A DNA stretch of 64,000 nt from Polaromonas sp. (GTDB taxonomy: Bacteria; Pseudomonadota; Gammaproteobacteria; Burkholderiales; Burkholderiaceae_C), in contig JBKJKI010000140.1 in the NCBI GenBank assembly GCA_046597475.1, positions 5,590 to 69,589 of the forward strand, written 5' to 3'. The translations under genes were made by a program, and so were the position numbers. Every line of letters starts with the position of its first letter. The stretch's first letter is position 1. Shown here in pieces: positions 1-10,663 of this stretch. The notes beneath the pieces are model-generated. The model searched no databases. It had not been told where the DNA came from and saw nothing but the letters and a program-made list of their open reading frames with translations.

Positions 1-376
1 GCAGGTTCGCGCCGGGGTGCAGGCGCTGCCGCGCGGCCAGCGTTATGCCGGCATGGCGCTGGGCTTCACGACCGTGCAGACCTACCGCTATGTGATCCTG
101 CCCATGGCTTTTCGCATCATTTTGCCGCCCTTGACCAGCGAATCCATGAACCTGCTGAAGAATTCCTCGGTGGCCTTTGCCGTGTCAATTGCCGAGCTCA
201 CCATGTTTGCCATGCAGGCGCAGGAAGAGACTTCGCGCGGGGTTGAAATCTATATCGCGGTGACGGGTCTCTACGCGCTTTCAGCGTTTGCGGTGAACCG
301 GGCCATGGCGCTGGTCGAGAGAAGATTGCAAATCCCGGGGGTTGTCATCGCCGGACCCGCAGGCGGAGGACACTGA
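1..376 (+). CDS. gltJ: Polar amino-acid ABC transporter permease (GltJ-like), 5' end outside the window
   Basis: EAA-loop region ALPRGQRYAGMALG and ILPMAFRIILPPLTSE; directly upstream of a second permease and an ATPase. Confidence 0.75.
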   Translation, partial: QVRAGVQALPRGQRYAGMALGFTTVQTYRYVILPMAFRIILPPLTSESMNLLKNSSVAFAVSIAELTMFAMQAQEETSRGVEIYIAVTGLYALSAFAVNRAMALVERRLQIPGVVIAGPAGGGH

Positions 377-377
377 C

Positions 378-1046
378 ATGCTCGGACTCGACCTGAGTTT
401 CCTGAACTGGGACATCCTGACCAAGTTCGTCATCAAGGGTTTCATCTTCAGCGTCCAGCTGACGGTGATCGCCACGCTGGGCGGCATCCTGCTCGGCACG
501 CTGCTCGCGCTGATGCGCCTGTCGGGCAAGAAATTGCTGATGCTGCCGGCGACGTTTTATGTCAACGGCATGCGCTCCATTCCGCTGGTGATGGTGATTC
601 TGTGGTTTTTCCTGCTGGTGCCCAGCATCATTGGAAAACCCATCGGTGCCGAACTCTCCGCGACGATTACCTTCGTGGCGTTTGAGGCGGCTTATTTCAG
701 CGAGATCATGCGGGCCGGCATCCAGTCGATCTCGCGCGGCCAGGTCAACGCCGGACGCGCCCTGGGCATGACCTACAGCCAGAACATGAAGCTGATCATC
801 CTGCCGCAGGCGTTTCGCAACATGCTGCCGGTGCTGCTGACGCAGACCATCATCCTGTTCCAGGACACGTCGCTGGTCTACGCCATCGGCGCCTACGATC
901 TGCTCAAGGGTTTCACGACCGCGGGCAAGATCTACGGCCGCCCCGAAGAGGCTTATCTGCTGGCGGCGGTGGTCTATTTCGTGCTCTGCTATGGCTTGTC
1001 ATACATGGTCAAACGGCTCAACAGCCGGATTGCCATCATTCGCTGA
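378..1046 (+). CDS. gltK: Polar amino-acid ABC transporter permease (GltK-like)
   Basis: [16 protein letters not shown] and [11 protein letters not shown] motifs; ATG at 378 with GGAGGA upstream, 1 nt after the previous stop. Confidence 0.8.
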   Translation: MLGLDLSFLNWDILTKFVIKGFIFSVQLTVIATLGGILLGTLLALMRLSGKKLLMLPATFYVNGMRSIPLVMVILWFFLLVPSIIGKPIGAELSATITFVAFEAAYFSEIMRAGIQSISRGQVNAGRALGMTYSQNMKLIILPQAFRNMLPVLLTQTIILFQDTSLVYAIGAYDLLKGFTTAGKIYGRPEEAYLLAAVVYFVLCYGLSYMVKRLNSRIAIIR

Positions 1047-1098
1047 GCCGCTTATTTGCCACGGCGCATTAACGCTCAAACAGCACACTGGAGAAAAA

Positions 1099-1836
1099 AT
1101 GATTGAGTTGAAAGAAGTTTCAAAATGGTATGGCGACGTGCAGGTTCTGAACAACTGCAGCACCAGCATTCAAAAAGGTGAGGTCGTCGTGGTCTGCGGG
1201 CCCTCGGGCTCCGGCAAATCGACGCTGATCAAGGTCATCAACGCTCTTGAGCCTTTCCAGAAGGGCCAGATCTTCGTCGATGGCCAGGCGGTGCACGATC
1301 CCAAGACCGACCTGCCCAAGCTGCGTTCCAGAGTCGGCATGGTGTTCCAGAATTTCGAACTCTTCCCTCACCTGAGCGTGACCGAAAACCTCACGCTGGC
1401 GCAAGTCAAGGTGCTGGGACGCAAGCCCGAGGAAGCCAAGACGCACGGCCTGAAATACCTGGACCGGGTGGGCCTGATGCTGCACAAGGACAAGTTCCCC
1501 GGCCAGCTGTCGGGCGGCCAGCAGCAGCGCGTGGCGATTGCACGCGCCCTGAGCATGGACCCGATTGCCATGCTGTTTGACGAGCCGACCTCCGCGCTTG
1601 ACCCCGAAATGGTCGGTGAGGTGCTCGATTGCATGATGGGTCTCGCGCTTGAAGGCATGACCATGATGGTGGTCACGCACGAGATGGGTTTTGCCAAGAA
1701 GGTCGGCAGCCGCGTGATCTTCATGGACGTGGGCGGGCGCATCCTGGAAGACTGCTCCAAGGACGAGTTTTTCAGCCATCCGGAAAATCGCCAGGCGCGG
1801 ACCAAGGACTTCCTGAACAAGATTCTTCAACACTGA
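1099..1836 (+). CDS. gltL: Polar amino-acid ABC transporter ATP-binding protein
   Basis: Walker A GPSGSGKS, signature LSGGQQQR, Walker B LFDEP; GGAG before ATG 1099. Confidence 0.85.
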   Translation: MIELKEVSKWYGDVQVLNNCSTSIQKGEVVVVCGPSGSGKSTLIKVINALEPFQKGQIFVDGQAVHDPKTDLPKLRSRVGMVFQNFELFPHLSVTENLTLAQVKVLGRKPEEAKTHGLKYLDRVGLMLHKDKFPGQLSGGQQQRVAIARALSMDPIAMLFDEPTSALDPEMVGEVLDCMMGLALEGMTMMVVTHEMGFAKKVGSRVIFMDVGGRILEDCSKDEFFSHPENRQARTKDFLNKILQH

Positions 1837-1900
1837 GCGGTGTGGGGTTACGCGGCGCCAGGTCACCGCGCATTCCTCCCAGATGCTAGTATCGAAACCC

Positions 1901-2023
1901 ATGCGCTCCAACCAGCCCTTCATTCTGTATGCCGATGCCTACCGTGTTTCCGCTTTCACAGCGGTTGCGGTCCGCGCGGGCTGTCTGCTGCTGTTGCCGC
2001 ACAAGCCGGTGGCACATTCCTGA
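1901..2023 (+). CDS. Putative 40-aa leader peptide (uORF) upstream of rnk
   Basis: MRSNQPFILYADAYRVSAFTAVAVRAGCLLLLPHKPVAHS; extended -10-like TGCTAGTAT at 1884-1892 just upstream; no SD. Confidence 0.35.
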   Translation: MRSNQPFILYADAYRVSAFTAVAVRAGCLLLLPHKPVAHS

Positions 2024-2139
2024 GCCCGGCGATCCACCTCCCTTACGTTTTTTAGCGCCTTTCTTCTGGATCACCGGGCCCGCCTTCAGCGCTGGTTCGC
2101 CGGTAAGCCTGTTCCGGCAATTTGATTCAGGAGTTTTTT

Positions 2140-2550
2140 ATGGCCACGTCCCCCCAGTCCGCCCGCGTGCTGACCGAGCTCGACCACATCCGCATCAGCA
2201 ATCTGCTCAAGCATCCCGGCATGGCGTTTGCCGCCGAACTCGAAGCCGTGATTGACAACGCCGAACTGATCTCGTCCTACCAGGTGCCGCCCGGCCTGGT
2301 CACCATGAACTCGCAAGTGCTGATTGCCGACGCGCAGACGGGTGAGGAACGCAGGCTGACGCTGTGTTATCCGCCTGATGCTGATCCGGTCACGGGGTTT
2401 GTGTCGGTGCTGTCCCCGGTGGGAACCGGATTGCTCGGGCTTGCGGAAGGCGAAATCGCCCAGTGGGCCGCGCCCAATGGCGCCAAGGCGTCGGCAAAAA
2501 TAGTCAAGGTTCTCTTCCAGCCCGAAGAAAGCGGCGAGTTCCTGCGCTAG
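2140..2550 (+). CDS. rnk: Regulator of nucleoside diphosphate kinase (GreA/GreB family)
   Basis: [24 protein letters not shown]; short N-terminal coil; CAGGAG SD. Confidence 0.85.
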   Translation: MATSPQSARVLTELDHIRISNLLKHPGMAFAAELEAVIDNAELISSYQVPPGLVTMNSQVLIADAQTGEERRLTLCYPPDADPVTGFVSVLSPVGTGLLGLAEGEIAQWAAPNGAKASAKIVKVLFQPEESGEFLR

Positions 2551-2615
2551 ACCCGCCTGAAGCGGGACATGGGGCAGGCGCTCGCGGGGTTTGCGCCAGT
2601 GCGACAATTCAGGCC

Positions 2616-3689
2616 ATGACTTCAGCCAACATGCACACCCAGGGCAAATCCGCCGCCCCGAATTCCACCCTGATCCTCACCCGGCCAGATGACTGGCACC
2701 TCCATGTGCGTGACGGCGACGCCCTGCAAACCGTTGTGCCGCACACGGCCGCGCAGTTTGGCCGCGCCATCATCATGCCCAATCTGCGGCCGCCGGTGAC
2801 CACGGCCGCGCAGGCCCTTGCCTACCGCGCGCGCATCCAGGCCGCCGTGCCTGCCGGCGTGGCCTTCGAGCCGCTGATGACGCTCTACCTGACCGACAAC
2901 CTGGCGCCCGACGAGATCAGGCGCGCCAGGGATGCCGGTGTGGTCGCCGCCAAGCTGTATCCGGCCGGCGCCACCACCAACAGCGACGCCGGCGTTACGG
3001 ATCTTCGCAAGACCTACAAGACCCTCGAAGCCATGCAGCGCGAAGGCCTGCTGCTGCTGGTGCATGGCGAGGTGGCCTCGCCTGAGATTGACCTGTTCGA
3101 CCGCGAAGCCGTGTTCATCGACACCCAGCTGGCGCCGCTGCGCCGCGATTTCCCCGAACTGAAAATAGTGTTCGAGCACATCACCACCAGGGAAGCCGCC
3201 CACTACGTGCGTGACGCCGACCGTTTCCTGGGTGCCACCATCACGGCCCAGCACCTGCTGTACAACCGCAACGCGATCTTTACCGGCGGCATTCGCCCGC
3301 ACTATTACTGCCTGCCCGTGCTCAAGCGCGAGGCGCACCGCCTGGCGCTGCTTGAAGCCGCCACCAGCGGCAATGCCAGCTTCTTTCTCGGCACCGACAG
3401 CGCGCCGCATCCGGCCCACCTGAAGGAGCACGCCAGCGGCTGCGCAGGCTGCTACACCGCGCACGCGGCGCTCGAAATGTATGCCGAAGCTTTCGACGCC
3501 GCCGGTGCACTTGACAAGCTCGAAGCCTTTGCCAGCTTCAACGGTGCGGATTTTTATGGCCTGCCGCGCAACCAGGGCAGCATCACCCTGAAGAAGGAAA
3601 GCTGGCTGCCGCCAGAGAGTTTTGCCTTTGGCGAGGGCCAGCTCAAGCCGCTGCGTTCGGGCGAGGCTTTGCCTTGGAGGCTTGTATGA
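2616..3689 (+). CDS. pyrC: Dihydroorotase
   Basis: [37 protein letters not shown]. Confidence 0.95.
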   Translation: MTSANMHTQGKSAAPNSTLILTRPDDWHLHVRDGDALQTVVPHTAAQFGRAIIMPNLRPPVTTAAQALAYRARIQAAVPAGVAFEPLMTLYLTDNLAPDEIRRARDAGVVAAKLYPAGATTNSDAGVTDLRKTYKTLEAMQREGLLLLVHGEVASPEIDLFDREAVFIDTQLAPLRRDFPELKIVFEHITTREAAHYVRDADRFLGATITAQHLLYNRNAIFTGGIRPHYYCLPVLKREAHRLALLEAATSGNASFFLGTDSAPHPAHLKEHASGCAGCYTAHAALEMYAEAFDAAGALDKLEAFASFNGADFYGLPRNQGSITLKKESWLPPESFAFGEGQLKPLRSGEALPWRLV

Positions 3690-4498
3690 ACAGCGTTAGT
3701 TTTACGGACTCCCGGATCGCGTTATTAATTGATGCGGACAATGCTCCAGCGGTAAAAATTGAAGCCATTTTGGGCGAGCTTTCCAAGCACGGAGCCATTA
3801 ACGTACGACGTGCTTATGGAAACTGGAAAAAACCCGAACTCAAAGCGTGGGAGGAGCGTTTGCATGAGTTTGCTATTCGCCCCATGCAGCAATTCGACTA
3901 CTCCAAAGGCAAAAACGCAAGCGACATGGCAATGGTGATTGACGCCATGGAACTTCTGTACACGGATAAACCGCATGCCTTTGGGATTGTGTCTTCCGAT
4001 GCAGATTTCACCCCTTTGGTTATGCACCTGAAGTCCAAGGGCACAATCGTTTTTGGTTTTGGGCAGAAAAAAGCGCCCGAACCGTTTCAACGAGCGTGTT
4101 CGACATTTTTGTTCGTGGAGAACCTTGGAGATGATTCGACTTCGTTGCCAGAAAGCGGTTCGGTGCTTTCTGTAGCGACCGAGGCCGCGCCAGACGCGAT
4201 TCAACCCATTCCTACCCACAAGCTCAAGATGGATACGCGATTGATCAGCTTGCTACGTAGTGCCGTAAAAGCTGTTGCAGACGAAGATGGCTGGGCGAAG
4301 TTGGGCCCTGTCGGTAATCATATTTCCAATCAGGCATCCTTTGATTCGAGAAATTACGGGTATGAAAAACTTGGTGCTTTGTTTGAAGCAACCCTGCTTT
4401 TTGAGATGAAACGTGTAAACACTGTGATGTCCGTTCGAGACATTCGCCTGGCAAAAGAAAAGGGCATTCAGAAGCCTGTCAATGCTTCAGGGAATTGA
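3686..4498 (+). CDS. NYN-domain (PIN-like) ribonuclease with C-terminal OST-HTH/LOTUS domain
   Basis: [20 protein letters not shown] and VSSDADF acidic motifs; C-terminal [17 protein letters not shown]; visibly AT-richer than neighbours. Confidence 0.85.
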   Translation: MNSVSFTDSRIALLIDADNAPAVKIEAILGELSKHGAINVRRAYGNWKKPELKAWEERLHEFAIRPMQQFDYSKGKNASDMAMVIDAMELLYTDKPHAFGIVSSDADFTPLVMHLKSKGTIVFGFGQKKAPEPFQRACSTFLFVENLGDDSTSLPESGSVLSVATEAAPDAIQPIPTHKLKMDTRLISLLRSAVKAVADEDGWAKLGPVGNHISNQASFDSRNYGYEKLGALFEATLLFEMKRVNTVMSVRDIRLAKEKGIQKPVNASGN

Positions 4499-5222
4499 CT
4501 GGCGCCAGCCCTGGCTGGCCCCCTGGCGCGAGCCTGGCCTGCGCGTCTCGCAGGCCGTCGCCAGCGGCCTGCCGCTGCACGAGGCGCTGAACCGCGAGGG
4601 GGCGGCGCCGGTCCGCTTTGTACCGCAAAGTCAACTGCCACCAGGCGAGGCCTATGAGCGCTATATCTTCAATAGCGGACAGTGCCCGACCCGTGAGGGC
4701 CTGCACGACTTTTTCAACGGATTGTGCTGGATGCGCTTTCCTGCATCCAAGACAAGGCTCAACCGCTTGCAGGCTGCCGAGATTGCCGCCGCAGGCGTCG
4801 CGCCGCTGCGCGGGCCGGTTCGCGATGCGCTGACGGTGTTTGACGAGAACGCGGCCTTGTTGCTGGCGCCGCAACCGCTGTGGGACGCGCTGATCGCCCG
4901 GGATTGGCAATTGCTGTTTGTCGGTCTGCGCCCGCTCTGGCGGCAGGCCAGGCTGGAGCTTTTTGGCCACGCACTGCTCGAAAAGCTGGTTTTTCCACGA
5001 AAACCCATTGCAGCCCATGTGTATCGGGCGCAGTTTGCTATTGATTCAGTAGCAAATCTGGATGCCCGGGTGGCCGCCGACCTGACTGCGGCCAAGCTCG
5101 CCGGCAAGCCTTTCACGCCTTTGCCGGTGCTGGGTGTTCCGGGCTGGTGGCCGCAGAATGAACCGGTTGGCGAGCACTTTTCCTTTTATGATGACTCCCT
5201 TGTATTCCGCCCGCGCAGATAA
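4482..5222 (+). CDS. DUF3025 family protein
   Basis: PTREGLHDFFNGLCW, RDALTVFDEN, FGHALLEKL, PLPVLGVPGW; usual pyrC neighbour. Confidence 0.8.
   Translation: MLQGIDWRQPWLAPWREPGLRVSQAVASGLPLHEALNREGAAPVRFVPQSQLPPGEAYERYIFNSGQCPTREGLHDFFNGLCWMRFPASKTRLNRLQAAEIAAAGVAPLRGPVRDALTVFDENAALLLAPQPLWDALIARDWQLLFVGLRPLWRQARLELFGHALLEKLVFPRKPIAAHVYRAQFAIDSVANLDARVAADLTAAKLAGKPFTPLPVLGVPGWWPQNEPVGEHFSFYDDSLVFRPRR
4999..5053 (+). repeat. 55-bp dispersed two-dyad motif, copy A (inside the DUF3025 CDS)
   Basis: GAAAACCCATTGCA-GCCCA-TGTGTATC-GGGCGCAGTTTGCTATTGATTCAGTAGC aligns without gaps to five other copies. Confidence 0.7.
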
Positions 5223-5372
5223 ACAACAAGCCAAAAAACTGCGCCTTGAGCCCTCACCCTTCATCGGGCGGCTTGATTTGGGCTGAATCTCCCCCAATTG
5301 CCCGCAATAGAGTCTTCACAGCGGCCTTTATCCTTTATCCATTCGCTTATTACTGAGCTCTTCGGAGAATTC

Positions 5373-6248
5373 ATGAAACGTATTTTTTTGTTCTTGCTGA
5401 CCAATATTGCCGTGGTGGCGGTGCTGGGCATCGTGGCCAGCCTGCTCGGCGTGAACCGCTTCCTGACGGCCAACGGCCTGAACCTCAGCGCGCTGCTCGG
5501 CTTTGCGCTGATCATGGGTTTTGGCGGCGCCATCATTTCGCTGCTGATCAGCAAGCCGGTGGCCAAGTGGAGCGCCGGCGTGCGCATCATCAACGACGCG
5601 CAGAATGCCGATGAAGCCTGGATCGTCGAGACGGTGCGCAAGCTGGCCGACAAAGCGCAGATCGGCATGCCCGAGGTCGGCATCTTTGAAGGCGAACCGA
5701 ATGCCTTTGCCACGGGCGCATTCAAGAACTCCTCGCTGGTGGCGGTTTCGACCGGATTGCTTGCCGGCATGACCCGGGAAGAAATCGAAGCCGTGATTGG
5801 CCACGAAATCGCGCACGTCGCCAATGGCGACATGGTCACCATGACGCTGATTCAGGGCGTGATGAACACCTTCGTGGTGTTCCTGTCGCGTGTGATTGGC
5901 TACGCGGTGGACAGTTTCCTGCGCCGCGGCAACGACAACAACTCCGGCCCCGGCATTGGCTACTACGTCAGCACCATCGTGCTCGACATCGTGCTGGGCT
6001 TTGCCGCCGCCATCGTGGTGGCGTGGTTCTCGCGGCACCGCGAGTTTCGGGCCGACGCCGGCTCGGCCCGCCTGCTGGGCCGCAAGCAGCCCATGATGAA
6101 TGCGCTGGCCCGGCTGGGCGGCATGCAGCCCGGCGAGCTGCCCAAGTCTGTGCAGGCCATGGGCATCACTGGCGGCATTGGCCAGTTGTTTGCCACCCAT
6201 CCGCCGATTGAAGAGCGCATTGCGGCGCTGCAAAATTCGCAGGACTAG
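5373..6248 (+). CDS. htpX: Membrane zinc metalloprotease HtpX
   Basis: PNAFATG, HEIAH zinc motif, [13 protein letters not shown]. Confidence 0.95.
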   Translation: MKRIFLFLLTNIAVVAVLGIVASLLGVNRFLTANGLNLSALLGFALIMGFGGAIISLLISKPVAKWSAGVRIINDAQNADEAWIVETVRKLADKAQIGMPEVGIFEGEPNAFATGAFKNSSLVAVSTGLLAGMTREEIEAVIGHEIAHVANGDMVTMTLIQGVMNTFVVFLSRVIGYAVDSFLRRGNDNNSGPGIGYYVSTIVLDIVLGFAAAIVVAWFSRHREFRADAGSARLLGRKQPMMNALARLGGMQPGELPKSVQAMGITGGIGQLFATHPPIEERIAALQNSQD

Positions 6249-6269
6249 GCGGGCTTGCCGCGAGTGATC

Positions 6270-6294
6270 AGGCCGGCTTCGCGCCGGCCTTTTT
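6270..6294 (+). terminator. Intrinsic terminator after htpX
   Basis: AGGCCGGC-TTCGC-GCCGGCCT hairpin followed by TTTT, between convergent genes. Confidence 0.75.
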
Positions 6295-6299
6295 CATGA

Positions 6300-7097
6300 C
6301 TAGGCGTCTGCGTCCGTGCCAGGGGCCTCGGGCGCCATGGCCTGCGTCATGGCGGGCGCCGCAGCCTGCGCACTTTGGGCGGCGCGGGCCTGCTCCAGCG
6401 TGCGGCTCACTTCCTCCGGGTCCATGCCGTACATGTCGGAAAATTCGGCCACGGTCTTGCCGCTGGCCTCGAAAGTTCTGCGCAGCGCATCGCGCTTGGC
6501 CGCCTTTTCAGCCAGCTCGGCAAAGGCTTCGTCGAGCAGGGCGGTGGAAACCTCGTCCTGCTGGCGTACGCACAGCAGATAGTCTTCGCGGCTCAGCCCC
6601 GAGGCCTCGATCGCCGCCATCAGCTGCGCACGCGCATAAGGCCGCAGGTCCTGGCTGGAGCGGGCCTGGCGCCGGCGGAAAATCTCCATGATCGCGTGAT
6701 GCACATGCTCGGGCGCTACCGGCTCCACCGGTTCGCCGTTCAGGTCGTGGCGCTGAAGGCCTGAGGCCACGCTCTCCAGGTAGCGGGTGGATCGGGCGTG
6801 CAGGCCGAGCGCCACTTTCAGCTCATCACGTTTGAACGCCTCGGGGTGCAGTGCCAGCAGATCCTGGAACGCGCCCAGCTTGAGCGGCAGGAAGTGGGTG
6901 CCGAACATCTTGGGGTGGAGCTCGAAAAGCTGCTGCAGGACCGGGTGCACGGCGCGGGGCGCTCGGGTCTGCGCCTGGGGTTTGGCCGGCGACCGTCCAC
7001 GTCCGCGGCCGCCTCGCCGGTCCTGGCGTGGCTGGGGTGCAGATGTCGTTTCGGCGGCTTCAGTGGCTTCGTTGGGCGCGGAGTGGGTATCGTTCAT
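6300..7097 (-). CDS. ProQ/FinO family RNA chaperone
   Basis: FLPLKLGAFQDL, LKVALGLHARSTRYL, RHDLNGEP typical of the FinO domain. Confidence 0.8.
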   Translation of the reverse strand: MNDTHSAPNEATEAAETTSAPQPRQDRRGGRGRGRSPAKPQAQTRAPRAVHPVLQQLFELHPKMFGTHFLPLKLGAFQDLLALHPEAFKRDELKVALGLHARSTRYLESVASGLQRHDLNGEPVEPVAPEHVHHAIMEIFRRRQARSSQDLRPYARAQLMAAIEASGLSREDYLLCVRQQDEVSTALLDEAFAELAEKAAKRDALRRTFEASGKTVAEFSDMYGMDPEEVSRTLEQARAAQSAQAAAPAMTQAMAPEAPGTDADA

Positions 7098-7228
7098 CGG
7101 TCGGTTCTGTCAGGTTGATATTCAGGGCGCCTTGGCGCCGCTTTAAAAATGGATAGCCACGGCGTTTGTGGCGTTTGCGGTGTGAAACCGTGAGGGCGAA
7201 GTATCCCCTATCCGGTGCGGCAGCCCTA

Positions 7229-8890
7229 TCAGGCATGGGCCAGGCGCTGGCTTTCAGCCTCGGCCAGCAGCGTGCGCGCCACGGCTTCGGCCACCTTGAT
7301 GCCATCGACGCCGGCCGACAAAATGCCGCCGGCGTAGCTTGCGCCTTCGCCCGCCGGGTAAAGGCCGCGCACGTTCAGGCTCTGCATGTCCTCGCCCCGC
7401 GTCATCCGGATCGGCGACGAGGTGCGGGTTTCCACGCCGGTCAGCACGGCATCGTGCGTGTCAAAACCCTTGATTTTGCGGCCGAACGCCGGCAGGGCTT
7501 CGCGCAGGGCTTCAATCGCATAGCCGGGCAGGGCGGAGGACAGGTCGCCCAGCGTCACGCCGGGCTTGTAGGAAGGCGTGATGCTGCCCAGCTGCGTGGA
7601 CGGACGGCCGGCCACAAAGTCGCCGACCAGCTGGCCGGGCGCCTGGTAGTTGCCGCCGCCCAGCACGAAGGCATGGGATTCGAGCCGGCGCTGCAGCGCG
7701 ATGCCGGCCAGCGCATCGCCAGGGTAATCGCGCGGGTCTATGCCCACCACGATGCCGGCATTGGCGTTGCGCTCGTTGCGCGAATACTGGCTCATGCCGT
7801 TGGTCACCACGCGGCCGGCCTCCGAGGTGGCCGCTACCACCGTGCCGCCCGGGCACATGCAAAAGCTGTAGACCGAGCGGCCGTTGCTGGCGTGGTGGAC
7901 CAGCTTGTATTCGGCCGCGCCCAGTGCCGGATGGCCGGCGTGGCGGCCCCAGCGCGCGCGGTCTATCAGGCCCTGCGGGTGCTCGATGCGAAAGCCTATG
8001 GAAAAAGGCTTGGCCTCGACGTAGACGCCGCGCGCATGCAACATGGCAAAGGTGTCGCGCGAACTGTGGCCCAGCGCCAGCACGACCTGGTCGGCACGCA
8101 GTTCCTGCGACTGGCCGCTGGCCTGGTCCAGCACCGTCAGGCCGCGGATCTGCCGGCCACCCGGGCCGTCCTCAAGCAGCACATCGGTCACGCGCTGCTC
8201 AAAGCGGATCTCGCCGCCCAGCGCCACGATCTGCTCGCGCATGTTCTCCACCACCTTGACCAGCTTGAAGGTGCCGATGTGCGGATGCGCTTCGTACAGA
8301 ATGTCGGCCGGCGCCCCGGCCTTGACGAACTCGTTCATCACCTTGCGGCCCAGGTAGCGCGGGTCCTTGATCTGGCTGTAGAGCTTGCCGTCGGAAAACG
8401 TGCCCGCGCCGCCTTCGCCGAACTGCACGTTGGACTCCGGATTCAGCACATTCTTGCGCCACAGGCCCCAGGTGTCCCTGGTGCGCTGGCGCACCGTCTT
8501 GCCGCGCTCCAGCACGATGGGCCTGAAGCCCATTTGCGCCAGCATCAACGCGGCAAACATGCCGCAGGGGCCAAAACCGATCACCACCGGACGCAGCGGC
8601 AGGCTGGCGGGCGCCACGCACACGGGGTGGTAGGTCATGTCGGGCGAGGGGATGATGTGCGGCTTGTCCGCATGTTGCGCCAGCAGCGCGGCTTCAAGCG
8701 TGGCATCGGCCAGCGCCACATCGACGATGTAGACCTGCGTGATCACGGCCTTGCGGGCGTCAAAGCTGCGCTTGAACACCGTGAAACCCGACAGGTCGGC
8801 GGGCATGATCTTGAGCGTGTGGAGGATGGCCGCCTGCAACGCGTCGTCGGCGTGGGCTAGCGGGAGTTTGATTTCAGTCAGTCTCAGCAT
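7229..8890 (-). CDS. NAD(P)/FAD-dependent oxidoreductase (COG2509-like)
   Basis: VIGFGPCG Rossmann motif, GEGGAGTFSDGKL, FCMCPGG, YPAGEGA. Confidence 0.85.
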   Translation of the reverse strand: MLRLTEIKLPLAHADDALQAAILHTLKIMPADLSGFTVFKRSFDARKAVITQVYIVDVALADATLEAALLAQHADKPHIIPSPDMTYHPVCVAPASLPLRPVVIGFGPCGMFAALMLAQMGFRPIVLERGKTVRQRTRDTWGLWRKNVLNPESNVQFGEGGAGTFSDGKLYSQIKDPRYLGRKVMNEFVKAGAPADILYEAHPHIGTFKLVKVVENMREQIVALGGEIRFEQRVTDVLLEDGPGGRQIRGLTVLDQASGQSQELRADQVVLALGHSSRDTFAMLHARGVYVEAKPFSIGFRIEHPQGLIDRARWGRHAGHPALGAAEYKLVHHASNGRSVYSFCMCPGGTVVAATSEAGRVVTNGMSQYSRNERNANAGIVVGIDPRDYPGDALAGIALQRRLESHAFVLGGGNYQAPGQLVGDFVAGRPSTQLGSITPSYKPGVTLGDLSSALPGYAIEALREALPAFGRKIKGFDTHDAVLTGVETRTSSPIRMTRGEDMQSLNVRGLYPAGEGASYAGGILSAGVDGIKVAEAVARTLLAEAESQRLAHA

Positions 8891-8936
8891 GGTCGTCCAG
8901 TTCGTGGCTTGTGTTTATCAAGCAGAAGGGCGTAAT

Positions 8937-8990
8937 GATAAGGGCGGACGCGAGCGACCGCGGGATAAAGGCGGACGCAAGCGCCCGCAG
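8937..8990. repeat. Two tandem 27-bp imperfect palindromic units (REP-like)
   Basis: GATAAGGGCGGACGCGAGCGACCGCGG / GATAAAGGCGGACGCAAGCGCCCGCAG, 4 mismatches. Confidence 0.7.
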
Positions 8991-9001
8991 GCGGCGCCGC
9001 T

Positions 9002-9919
<918 letters not shown>

Positions 9920-9968
9920 TGGGGGCTCCTGGTGGGTGGGTAGGGTCGTCAACGTCATTGTGGCGCAC

Positions 9969-9977
9969 TGTCATAAT
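9969..9977 (+). promoter_or_regulatory. Extended -10 element of rnpB
   Basis: TG-T-CATAAT a few nt upstream of the RNase P RNA 5' end. Confidence 0.5.
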
Positions 9978-9983
9978 GGCGGC

Positions 9984-10325
9984 GTGAAGCCTGCCAGACC
10001 GCCGCTGGTGCCATATGGGAAACCTGGCACTGGAGGAACGTCCGGACTGCACAGGACAGCGTAGGAGGTAACACCTCTCCACTGAAAGCCGCAAGGTATA
10101 AGGTGAGGATCAGAGCAACAGAGACGAGCCGGTTCAGTCCGGGTGAAACGGGCAATCTCTACGCGCAGCAACACCAAATAGGCCAGCAGTGATGTGGTTC
10201 CGCAGAGCTGGCGGGTAGGTGGCACCGAGCCGGGTGGGCGACCCCCGGCCCAGATTAATGGCGGTCACGCCGGGTCATCGCAAGACGATCCGGTGCACAA
10301 AATCCGGCTTATCGGCGGGCTTCAC
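9984..10325 (+). ncRNA. rnpB: RNase P RNA, bacterial type A
   Basis: GAGGAACGTCCGGACT, GCAACAGAGA, GGGTGAAACGGG, ACAAAATCCGGCTTAT; P1 pairing GTGAAGCCTGCC / GGCGGGCTTCAC. Confidence 0.95.
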
Positions 10326-10635
10326 ACTTTATTTCAGAGCTGACTCGCAGGCTCGCGCATTTCACGGAGTGAACTGGGGGCTGAACGGCCGCAGCGCCGG
10401 GCCGCCCCAAGCAAGGCCAGCCCCTTGAGGGGGCAGCGCATTGCACGGAGTGAAAAGCGTGGGGGCTCTTCATCCTGCGCCACAACTGGAACGCCAGGAA
10501 GCCCACGACCAGCAGCACGGCGCCGTTGATCAGCGTGGGCTTGTGCATCAGGTGGCCGGCTTCCAGCGGAAGATACAGCGCGCCTGAAAGCGCCCCCAGC
10601 CATTCGGCCCAGATTCTTTCCAGCCACAAACCATG
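10309..10635 (-). pseudogene. 5'-truncated membrane-protein remnant (DUF2127-like C-terminal half) reading into a repeat element
   Basis: GLWLERIWAEWLGALSGALYLPLE..HKPTLIN..VVGFLAFQLWRR resembles the DUF2127 C-terminus; no own start, upstream space is occupied by the next gene. Confidence 0.5.
10355..10467 (+). repeat. GC-rich palindromic element variant plus a partial tandem copy
   Basis: GCCCCTTGAGGGGGCAG..CACGGAGTG..GTGGGGGCT matches the 3' half of the dapF-flanking elements; GCGCATT(T/G)CACGGAGTGAA occurs twice. Confidence 0.7.
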
Positions 10636-10663
10636 GCGGGCCCGCGTGGCGGCATGGCCGGCG

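Noticed and set aside
7140-7157. GCTT-N10-TAGC as a seventh copy of the 55-bp motif
   Set aside because: The spacer is 10 nt rather than 9 and the upstream dyad does not align
7166-8860. Long antisense or alternate-frame ORFs (e.g. 564 aa here, 545 aa at 61803-63440, 478 aa at 47644-49080)
   Set aside because: Shadow ORFs opposite real genes, expected in high-GC DNA; no recognisable motifs
9955-10428. Short ORFs over 9955-10428
   Set aside because: They overlap the RNase P RNA gene
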